From: a virus
Strand: one strand, 5' to 3'
Length of the DNA stretch: 38,077 nt
IMG/VR virus record: IMGVR_UViG_3300047469_000100
Span: 1-38,077 of that record
Below the pieces are notes generated by a model. The model did no database searches. It was given only the letters and a program-made list of their open reading frames with translations, and was not told where the DNA came from. Of this stretch, positions 1-6,842 are shown piece after piece; positions within the stretch are counted from its first letter, which is position 1, and the number at the start of each line of letters is the position of its first letter. The position numbers and the translations under genes were made by a program.

Positions 1-127
1 CGCCGGCGCGCATCGCTGTCCGGAGCGCGACGAGGAATGCGAGCGCCACTTCCTGACTGAGCGACTTCGGCGCCACGCCGGATCGATAGCCCAGCCATCG
101 GCAGATCAGCTTGACCTCAAGCGGTGA
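1..127. repeat. 127-bp exact terminal overlap (1-127 = 37951-38077), consistent with closure of a circular contig rather than a biological repeat
   Basis: Base-by-base identity of the first and last 127 nt. The repeat sits inside one continuous reading frame (the integrase) and ends exactly at the window edges. Confidence 0.95.
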
Positions 128-649
128 GACCCGCCTATCGCGCGGCGGCGGATCTGACGGCTGTCTGAAGCCTTCGAACGGGCTCGTCTCCAGCCAGTGC
201 CATTCCTTGCGCGCGATGTTAAAGGCGTTGCGCATCCAGCTGATGTCGCGCTGAACCGATGCAGTCCCCACGCGCTCTACTTTCTCCCCATCACTACCCA
301 CGAAGCCTTTGAGCCTCGCATCGCGCCACGCCGCCAGGTCGGGCGTGCGCACCTCCTCCAGAGTCTTGTTTGCCAGATCGGGGAAGTTGCGCAAGAAGGC
401 GCGCAGGCGCAGAGACTCCTGCCGCGCGCCGCGCTTCGCCGGGATTATCTCCTCGTCATAGCGCTCGAGCATTTGTTTCAGTGTATGGCGCGCCGCCGGG
501 CTCTTGGAGTGCTGCTGACGGATCTCGAACTCGCGCCCAGCCGCCCATGACTTGGCTTCGCGTTGCGTGCGGAATGTCTGGGAATCGCGCTCCCCATGGA
601 CGTAGATCTGAGCGCGCCAGCCGTCTTTGTATGGGGTGATCGATGCCAC
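1..649 (-). CDS. int: Tyrosine integrase, N-terminal part. It is joined across the circular junction to 37556-38077, giving a product of about 347 aa with a GTG start at 649.
   Basis: Hand translation of the minus strand from 649 gives V/M-ASITPYKDGWRAQIYVHGERDSQTFRTQREAKSW...LEVKLICRWLGYRSGVAPKSLSQEV, which runs in frame into the 37556-38026 ORF. Both pieces are 522 nt once the 127-nt duplicate is removed. An in-frame ATG at 718 is an alternative start. Confidence 0.85.
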   Translation of the reverse strand, partial: MASITPYKDGWRAQIYVHGERDSQTFRTQREAKSWAAGREFEIRQQHSKSPAARHTLKQMLERYDEEIIPAKRGARQESLRLRAFLRNFPDLANKTLEEVRTPDLAAWRDARLKGFVGSDGEKVERVGTASVQRDISWMRNAFNIARKEWHWLETSPFEGFRQPSDPPPRDRRVSPLEVKLICRWLGYRSGVAPKSLSQEVALAFLVALRTAMRAG

Positions 650-651
650 TG

Positions 652-681
652 TGGGGAGTGCCCTGGGGAATGTTTGGGGAC
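652..681 (+). repeat. Three direct TGGGGA(A/G/C) repeats at 11-12 bp spacing; candidate integrase arm-type sites of attP
   Basis: tggggag at 652-658, tggggaa at 664-670 and tggggac at 675-681. All three have the same orientation and lie immediately upstream of int. Confidence 0.45.
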
Positions 682-762
682 TCGATTGTACATTTGTAGG
701 CTTTCGGTGGACAACCATGCCTGTATGAATCAACAGTGGTTGCCGCCTAAGCCTTTGTTTCT

Positions 763-793
763 ACATCGATATACATTTTGTGTATATCGATGT
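763..793. repeat. Perfect 13-bp inverted repeat with a 5-nt spacer (ACATCGATATACA-ttttg-TGTATATCGATGT), AT-rich, function unknown
   Basis: Read directly. The arms are 763-775 and 781-793. The element lies 10 nt from the tRNA-like core in the int/acyltransferase intergenic region. Confidence 0.9.
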
Positions 794-803
794 TTACTAC
801 TCG

Positions 804-825
804 TGGTGCGTGAGGCCGGACTCGA
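804..825 (-). other. attP core candidate: 22 nt that look like the 3' end of a tRNA gene
   Basis: The minus strand reads TCGAGTCCGGCCTCACGCACCA. This parses as most of a T-loop (TCGAGT), a 5-nt T-stem strand (CCGGC), a 7-nt acceptor strand (CTCACGC), a discriminator A and CCA. The resemblance stops upstream because there is no matching 5' T-stem, which is what an att core looks like rather than a full tRNA. Confidence 0.6.
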
Positions 826-858
826 CTTTCCTTATTTCTAGACGGTACCGCAGCACCG

Positions 859-876
859 TGGGGAATTTTTGGGGAG
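859..876 (+). repeat. Two more TGGGGA(A/G) direct repeats on the other side of the core; candidate P' arm sites
   Basis: tggggaa at 859-865 and tggggag at 870-876, with 11-bp spacing and the same orientation as the 652-681 copies. Confidence 0.45.
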
Positions 877-957
877 CCGCGCTGCGTATCAGAAGCAAAC
901 CCTTACCGAATCTTGTTGTAGACTGCGCTTCATTACAAGATTTGTCTGAGATATGCA

Positions 958-2067
958 ATGAAGCATAAAATCGACGCCCTTACGTCGCTGCGGTTCTTCG
1001 CGGCCGCATTGATTGTGGTTTTGCACGGAACCCAAGTTTTCGGACATATCGAGTTCACGAACCATTTCGCGATCTTTCAGGCGGTCGGCTTCTTCTATGT
1101 ACTGTCCGGGTTTATCCTGGCCTACACCTACGAAGGCATTCCGCTGACGCGCGGCGCCTTGTCGAAGTACGGGCTGTCGCGCGCGGCCCGCGTTCTGCCG
1201 GTCCACCTGTTCACCGCGCTGCTAGCCTATGTGCTGATCGAGAGCGCCCGTGCGCCTTTCCATATCGCTGTCACGAACCTCGCACTGCTGCAGGCGTGGA
1301 TTCCCGGCTTTGACTATTCATTCTCGCTGAACGGTGTGTCGTGGAGTATTTCAGACGAAGCATTCTTTTACACGTTGCTGCCGTTGCTTCTGGTGGATCT
1401 GCGCCGCACGTGGCTTCGCAACGCGGTGATCAGCGCATTGATGACCGCGGCGGTTCTGTATCTGGCGCGCGACAGTGTCGACCCGGCCCGCACATGGGCC
1501 AGCTATATTTTCCCGCTCACACGCCTGGTTGAATTCGTGGTCGGCGTGGCGGCGTTTCACCTGTACGGCCGGCTCGCGCCGCGCATCAAACGTCTATCGG
1601 TTCGATCTGCTACCGCGCTTGAGATCGTGGCGGCCGGCGTCACGATAGCGTCAATGCACTACAGCATGAACCTCGTCACAATGCGCGGCGTGAGCCGGCA
1701 CATGGGCAATGCGTTTCAGAGCTGGTTTGGGAGTTCAGGAAGCTGCGTTATCTTCGGCGCGCTGGTCCTGATTATGGCTTGCGAGGCCGGGAAGCTGTCG
1801 TGGCTGCTGGCGCGTAAACCGCTCGTCTATCTCGGCGGCATCAGCTTTTCGCTGTACATGGTCCATCAGATCGTCGTGCGCGTGCTGATCGAGCATCCGG
1901 TCTGGCTGACTCACGCACCGACGTGGGTGAACTACCCGGCTTATGTCGCCACCGCCCTGCTTGGCGCGGCGGCGATCAACCGTTTTATCGAAGACCCGGC
2001 GCGTGTTGCTATCCTGCGCGCCTATGAGCACCGCGGAACTACGACAGCCTTACGACAACAAGAGTGA
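958..2067 (+). CDS. Integral-membrane acyltransferase family 3 (OafA/Oac-like O-acyltransferase); lysogenic-conversion moron
   Basis: A 369-aa ORF with an N-terminal KIDALTSLRFFAAALIVVLHG (the R-x10-H type acyltransferase_3 signature) and multiple hydrophobic segments. It is the only plus-strand gene in this arm and is adjacent to attP. Confidence 0.8.
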   Translation: MKHKIDALTSLRFFAAALIVVLHGTQVFGHIEFTNHFAIFQAVGFFYVLSGFILAYTYEGIPLTRGALSKYGLSRAARVLPVHLFTALLAYVLIESARAPFHIAVTNLALLQAWIPGFDYSFSLNGVSWSISDEAFFYTLLPLLLVDLRRTWLRNAVISALMTAAVLYLARDSVDPARTWASYIFPLTRLVEFVVGVAAFHLYGRLAPRIKRLSVRSATALEIVAAGVTIASMHYSMNLVTMRGVSRHMGNAFQSWFGSSGSCVIFGALVLIMACEAGKLSWLLARKPLVYLGGISFSLYMVHQIVVRVLIEHPVWLTHAPTWVNYPAYVATALLGAAAINRFIEDPARVAILRAYEHRGTTTALRQQE

Positions 2068-2326
2068 AGACGACTCCGGTTAAGTCATTGCCGGACGTCT
2101 GCTGAATTTCGTCATCGACACTGATAGTCGCTAAGCCATTTTCGAAAGTACCGATCGTGCCAACGCCACCCGGGATTCCAGAGCCGGACGGTCCAGCCTG
2201 CGCGCCGACGATAACATCGCCAACCTGAAGGCCAGGAACGCTGATGCCGACTTGACCCCCTGAAGCATCTACTCCCTCGAAGACCACCTTAAGAATTTCG
2301 TTTGATTTTATGACGGAAGAGGTCAT
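2039..2326 (-). CDS. Hypothetical 95-aa Gly/Val-rich protein
   Basis: ORF with an AAGGA-like SD upstream. It has many T/A-ending codons, so its GC3 (GC content at third codon positions) is atypically low. Its 3' end overlaps the acyltransferase 3' end convergently by 29 nt. Confidence 0.5.
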   Translation of the reverse strand: MTSSVIKSNEILKVVFEGVDASGGQVGISVPGLQVGDVIVGAQAGPSGSGIPGGVGTIGTFENGLATISVDDEIQQTSGNDLTGVVFTLVVVRLS

Positions 2327-2340
2327 GGTTTTCCTTTTGA

Positions 2341-3291
2341 TTAACGAATGCGCCGAGCGCGGATGATGCCGTCACACGTCATGGTCGAAGTGCCAAATGA
2401 CGCATAACCAACGAGAAAAATGGTGGTCGTTGACGCGAGACTTTCACGGACGATCGGAGTTGAAATCTGCTGAACCTGTCCAGTTTGATATCCCCCTTGA
2501 ATAACGGTCGTCGTGAATAGTCCGTTGTTCCCTGTCGTGTTCGCTACGGTGCCATTGATACCGGCAGACAGCGCCGCAACGGTTGTCGTACCGGCGGGGC
2601 GGTAGCTGACCGTCCCGCTCACATCCCAATCACCGGCCGTCAGTGAAACTGACGTGCATGCGACCGCCGTGACAGTCGTCATTGACGTGCCCGCGGTCGA
2701 ATTGGTCTGATACTCACCCCACGAACCGGCCTGGGCGCTGTCGTTGGTATTGGTTCCCTTGATGCCGACCGTGGTGGTCGGGGTGATCAGGCCGCTTGAA
2801 TTTAGTGCAGCGACTTGCACCAGGCCGGAAGCACGATTGACCACCAAGGCCTGAGAAAGGAACGCTCCCGCGTCCGTGCGCGAAACCAGCACCAGATTGC
2901 TGCCGGCATTCGATCCGGTCTCAGCGGTACCATCGTTCTGCAAGATCCATCGACTGGAACCATTGCTCTGCCACGTCACTCCGAGCGTCGTCGTCGGAGT
3001 CGGATAGTTGAAGATGATGTTGCCGGTGAACGTCGCGCCGGTGGTCGCCGCAACGCCGAGGTTCGTACGCGCGCTCGCCGCGCTCGTTGCACCCGTGCCG
3101 CCGTTGGCAATAGCGAGGGTGCCAGCGAGGCCAGATAGCGGCGCCCATGCTGGCGCGCTGCTGGGGCCCGTCGAAACGATTGTCTGACCCGCGGTAGAGC
3201 CTGCCGGGTTCAGCAGTTGGATGGGGTTGAGCGTCGCGGCAAAGACCGTCGACGAAAGCGCGAACAGCGCGGCGGTGAGAAGTCTTTTCAT
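2341..3291 (-). CDS. Tail-fibre-like protein with an N-terminal Sec-type signal peptide
   Basis: MKRLLTAALFALSSTVFA/ATLNP has positive n-, hydrophobic h- and VFA-A c-regions. It is followed by LAIANGGTGATSAASARTNLG, a motif common near fibre N-termini. The ATG abuts the upstream stop (TAAATG). Confidence 0.6.
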   Translation of the reverse strand: MKRLLTAALFALSSTVFAATLNPIQLLNPAGSTAGQTIVSTGPSSAPAWAPLSGLAGTLAIANGGTGATSAASARTNLGVAATTGATFTGNIIFNYPTPTTTLGVTWQSNGSSRWILQNDGTAETGSNAGSNLVLVSRTDAGAFLSQALVVNRASGLVQVAALNSSGLITPTTTVGIKGTNTNDSAQAGSWGEYQTNSTAGTSMTTVTAVACTSVSLTAGDWDVSGTVSYRPAGTTTVAALSAGINGTVANTTGNNGLFTTTVIQGGYQTGQVQQISTPIVRESLASTTTIFLVGYASFGTSTMTCDGIIRARRIR

Positions 3292-3981
3292 TTAGTGCCC
3301 CTTGAATGTGTTGTCTTGCACGGCCGCCGCAACTGGAGCGGCCTTTGTCGGTGTTGGCAATAACGGGACATCCGTCACGCTACCCGGAGCCACCGCGAAG
3401 GCGCGCACGTCCGCATTCGCGACTGTCGCCTCCCGCGTCATACCGAACCAGAAGCCCGTCACCTGAGAAGATTCCTTCAGGAAATACATCACCAGGCCGC
3501 CGGCGGTCGCAGCGATAACCGGATCGCGCAACGTGCCATCTGCAAACCCGAGCAGCACGATGAACACGACGGCAATGGTCGCGGCGACGATCGCCAAACT
3601 GAGCAGCGGCCGCATGAAATCCTTCGGCTGCTGCGCGGCCAGTTTTCGGGCGCTGTCGCGGTCTGCCGCCTCGGCCTGATACTGCGCGGTGCGCTGCGCG
3701 TCGGCCGCCGTCTGAGCTGCCAATTCGGCCTGCTTCTGCTGCAACGCCACCTGTGCGAGCGTCGTCTGATTCGCGAGCTCGGCTTCGCGCAGCTTTTCGA
3801 GCAGCGTCGGATCGGCAGCGAGCGCGGCCGCGGCGGCGTCGGGATCGTCGGCCGGCGTCCCGGTCACCGACGAAATGATGGCGCCGACCGCGCCGCCGGC
3901 GATCGTGCCGATCGGGCCTAGTGCGGATCCGAGGAGTGGCGCGGCCTTGGCAATGATGGGGGCGAGATCAGACCATTTCAT
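3292..3981 (-). CDS. Membrane protein of the lysis cassette, holin-like (resembles the '3-TM holin' type)
   Basis: A Gly-rich N-terminus, a Q/A-rich coiled region, then hydrophobic segments (MRPLLSLAIVAATIAVVFIVLLGF, VIAATAGGLVMYFL). It overlaps the endolysin stop by 4 nt. Confidence 0.5.
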   Translation of the reverse strand: MKWSDLAPIIAKAAPLLGSALGPIGTIAGGAVGAIISSVTGTPADDPDAAAAALAADPTLLEKLREAELANQTTLAQVALQQKQAELAAQTAADAQRTAQYQAEAADRDSARKLAAQQPKDFMRPLLSLAIVAATIAVVFIVLLGFADGTLRDPVIAATAGGLVMYFLKESSQVTGFWFGMTREATVANADVRAFAVAPGSVTDVPLLPTPTKAAPVAAAVQDNTFKGH

Positions 3982-4463
3982 GCTGTTGCTCCCTTGAGCA
4001 TGTTGTCGGCTATGCGGTTCGACCAGCCGCGGCTAAACGTCGGCCAACTCTTGAGGCCGTTTAAATACTTGAGGCGATACGCAAGGAATCGCAGCACAAA
4101 GATGCGTGGATCTGTGGCTTGAATTGCCGCAATCGTGTTCGGACCCATCTTCCCGTCGATGTCCGCGCCGCTCGCCTGCTGCGCCCAACGCACGGTGTCG
4201 CCGCCGTTGTAGTTGGCGTCGAACATCTGAAAAGCGATGTGCGGGTCGAGCTGGTCGAGGCTAAGCGAGTCCCAATATTCACTTTTGGCGATTGTCTTGG
4301 CAGTAGCGAGCGGCAAATCGCGCATTGCTCCGGTGTATCCGTTTGCGCGCGCGACGCGGGCCGTTATGCCCCACATCGTCTCGCCGCCTGGGTCGGCCGG
4401 GTTATTTGAATAACCGCCCTCGTTGCCGATCAGGGCGGTAAATGCATCGTCGAAGCTATTCAC
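3978..4463 (-). CDS. Endolysin, glycoside hydrolase family 108-like with a C-terminal peptidoglycan-binding region
   Basis: ALIGNEGGYSNNPADPGGETMWGIT matches the GH108 EGGY signature region. I chose the GTG start at 4463 because it overlaps the upstream stop (GTGA) and has AAGGTG 5-6 nt upstream. The longer ORF to 4526 is probably not used. Confidence 0.75.
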   Translation of the reverse strand: MNSFDDAFTALIGNEGGYSNNPADPGGETMWGITARVARANGYTGAMRDLPLATAKTIAKSEYWDSLSLDQLDPHIAFQMFDANYNGGDTVRWAQQASGADIDGKMGPNTIAAIQATDPRIFVLRFLAYRLKYLNGLKSWPTFSRGWSNRIADNMLKGATA

Positions 4464-4831
4464 GTATTCACCTTTGACTTGACGTATTGCCACAGCGCGA
4501 CGCCAAGCAGTCCGATCAAGGCCCACATTCCCTTCTTGGCCAGCTCGCGGCGGAGATCTTCATAGAACTGAGTGCGTGCCTCTTCCTTTGCAATCAGCGC
4601 TTCATGCGCGCGACGGTGCCCGTCAGGATCGTCGTTTGGAAAACCCTTATGCAGATCGTCGACCCGACGAATAACCTCATCAAGCTTGCGGGCTTGCACC
4701 TCGTTGTCGCTTCGGTTTTCGGTGTGACGTTGGGCGATTTCGTCGCGCAGACCATCGAGCGCGGCCACGACAGCCCCAAAACCATCGCCCTCGGTATGCA
4801 CGGCGTCTGCATATTTCACGCGCTCACCCAT
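4460..4831 (-). CDS. C-terminally membrane-anchored coiled-coil protein, possible lysis accessory or holin-like
   Basis: 123 aa with a charged helical N-terminal 100 aa and a single C-terminal TM segment (MWALIGLLGVALWQYV). It sits directly upstream of, and is coupled to, the endolysin. Confidence 0.45.
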   Translation of the reverse strand: MGERVKYADAVHTEGDGFGAVVAALDGLRDEIAQRHTENRSDNEVQARKLDEVIRRVDDLHKGFPNDDPDGHRRAHEALIAKEEARTQFYEDLRRELAKKGMWALIGLLGVALWQYVKSKVNT

Positions 4832-4873
4832 CCTTTACCCCGCTTAGATCTTTTCCGTTTTGGATGGATTACC

Positions 4874-6805
4874 TTACGCTCCCCATCCGTTGAACCGAAT
4901 GCCCTTATCCGTGTAGCCCATCAGTTTCGGGTGCGTTGGGATCGCTTCGTTGTCGTAGGTTCCGTAACCTTCGAAAGTATTAATACCGATCTTGTCGGTC
5001 GTCTCGTTCACGAAGGTCGAAAGGATCGAGCAGTGGGAGAATTGCAAGCCTGAAGGGAAGCTGTCGTTGCCGACTGCGTTGAAGTACGCACCAAAGCAAC
5101 CGGGCTGGCCGACACCAACTACGTTGTTGCCAACAAAGTGGCATCGATTGAACGAAACGTTATCGACGAACGCAAAATATCCAGCGTTCGAATTGATCGC
5201 GCTCGTCGTATCAAAGCGGCAGTCGTTGAACGAACTGAGCCACGTATCGTTAAAGACCGACGCAACGCCGTCCATAAACAAACCAGTGTGACCGTTTGCC
5301 GTGCTGGCAAAGAAACAGTTATTGATCTGGTTGTTGACGTTGTAGTTACCGGTCGGCGCCGCGCCGCCCTGCCACCACATACCGAACTTGGTGTACTGAT
5401 TGCCGCTGACGTTCCTGATCTGCGTGCCGCAGGACGCCGTCAGGAACAGACATCCCTCTGCGAGAAGGCCGGCAAAAAGCTTGAACCCTTCGAGATGGAC
5501 GTCGCTGATAGCACCGGTTACCCTGAGCATCGCTCCTGACATAGCAGCCGAAGCCTGGATATTTGTAGCCGGTGGCGTTGCGGCGCCGAAGCCGCCGCCC
5601 ATACCAATCAGCTTGACGCCGTTTTTCGTCGACTGGATCGAGCCCGCGTTGCCGGTGCCGATGGTTACCGGCGTTGCCCAGTTGTACTGTTTACCCATCA
5701 GCCGAACCGTGCCACCGCGCGCCGGCAGAGCATTAATAGCCTTCTGCGTGTAGACCGCGTCGTCAGCGCCGCCGCCAATTCCTCCGCCGCCGAACTGTTC
5801 GACATACCAGTCGGGTGGTGTATTCAATTTCCACCGGCGGCCGAGTGCGTCGACGATAATCGATCCACCGTTATCGGTACTTGTCGTATCAGACGCGTCA
5901 ACTTCGTACGGTCCACCGCCTCCGTCCAGCGAGTTGTAGTAACCCGTCACGAAGCAGGACTGGAAACGCGGATCTGCGTTCGCCTGAAGTTTGGCGATAG
6001 ACGTAAAGTTCCGGCGAAGACCGAAACCCCAAACGAGTTCTGCATCGCCAACGGATTGCTGGGGAGGCTGCCCTACCGAAAGCGTCGTGCCCGTGCGCAC
6101 ATAGACGCGCGAAATGCCTGTCGGGATCGGCGTAGGAAACGTGAGAGTCGTGCCGTTTAATGAGAAGTCGAGCTGCGGCGTTGCATCCCAATACGCCCAA
6201 CAGTTCGCGGCACTTATCGGCGCGCGCGAAAGCGTAAGGCTGCTCGTCACGTCTGGCGTGAAATCGGTGCCGGCCTTGAAGCCAGGATTTCCGTCCGAGC
6301 CTTTTTCAAAGCGCATGTCGCCAGCGCCGATCGACGCGGGTATCGGCACCATTTCCTGTATGCCGTTCGCATCAAAGCCGAGAAGCATCCCAGCGCGCTC
6401 GGTCGAGGGCGGCAATGTACCGTCAACGGCGTACTCGGTTACCGGATACTGGATCGCACGCTTGCCGGCGCCGCTAACATCCTGCAGCGCCATCCAGATT
6501 CTGTCGAAGTCAGCATTGACGGTGACGGCCAGTAAGTCTCCGTTGTCCTGATAATCGGTGTCGCGCTCAATCGAAATGTCGCGATAGATGATGACCTTAC
6601 CTGTCGGTGCCGTCGTGAATACCACGGAACCGCCGGACGACACGCCGATACCATTCACCGAGATCTGTGAGCCGATCGCCTGCAAAACTCCGTCGAGCAG
6701 AACCTTAATATCCGCACTTTCTAGAATGGCGAACGGAAAGGGAAAGAGCGTCGTTACGCCATTCCCCTGATACGAAATGATCGGATTCTGGACTGGGACT
6801 GTCAC
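4874..6805 (-). CDS. Tailspike/tail fibre: T7 gp17-type N-terminal adaptor plus a probable right-handed beta-helix (depolymerase-like) body
   Basis: The N-terminus (YQGNGVTTLFPFPFAILESADIKVLLDG...NADFDRIWMALQD) follows the T7 tail-fibre N-domain pattern. The C-terminal two thirds are Gly/Asn/Thr-rich, as in pectate-lyase-like spikes. GTG start with GAGAGG upstream. Confidence 0.65.
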   Translation of the reverse strand: MTVPVQNPIISYQGNGVTTLFPFPFAILESADIKVLLDGVLQAIGSQISVNGIGVSSGGSVVFTTAPTGKVIIYRDISIERDTDYQDNGDLLAVTVNADFDRIWMALQDVSGAGKRAIQYPVTEYAVDGTLPPSTERAGMLLGFDANGIQEMVPIPASIGAGDMRFEKGSDGNPGFKAGTDFTPDVTSSLTLSRAPISAANCWAYWDATPQLDFSLNGTTLTFPTPIPTGISRVYVRTGTTLSVGQPPQQSVGDAELVWGFGLRRNFTSIAKLQANADPRFQSCFVTGYYNSLDGGGGPYEVDASDTTSTDNGGSIIVDALGRRWKLNTPPDWYVEQFGGGGIGGGADDAVYTQKAINALPARGGTVRLMGKQYNWATPVTIGTGNAGSIQSTKNGVKLIGMGGGFGAATPPATNIQASAAMSGAMLRVTGAISDVHLEGFKLFAGLLAEGCLFLTASCGTQIRNVSGNQYTKFGMWWQGGAAPTGNYNVNNQINNCFFASTANGHTGLFMDGVASVFNDTWLSSFNDCRFDTTSAINSNAGYFAFVDNVSFNRCHFVGNNVVGVGQPGCFGAYFNAVGNDSFPSGLQFSHCSILSTFVNETTDKIGINTFEGYGTYDNEAIPTHPKLMGYTDKGIRFNGWGA

Positions 6806-6842
6806 GCGGCGGCCTCTCTGTGTGGAGCGCCGCCGGGCGGCG

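Noticed and set aside
1-127. The 127-bp identical ends as attL/attR or as T7-like direct terminal repeats
   Set aside because: The repeat lies inside one continuous integrase reading frame and coincides exactly with the window edges. Its length equals a typical assembler k-mer overlap. A circular-contig artefact is the simpler reading.
2341-6805. Diversity-generating retroelement, as in BPP-1-like phages (a variable repeat at the 3' end of a receptor-binding gene plus a template repeat and reverse transcriptase)
   Set aside because: No ORF with reverse-transcriptase motifs (YxDD) exists anywhere in the window. I found no second near-copy of the 3' ends of the 316-aa or 643-aa genes.
6806-6842. 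The GC-rich palindrome gcgccgcc/ggcggcgc after terL as a terminator
   Set aside because: There is no U-tract and the loop is too short. It lies directly before the SD and GTG start of the tailspike gene, which is most likely co-transcribed.
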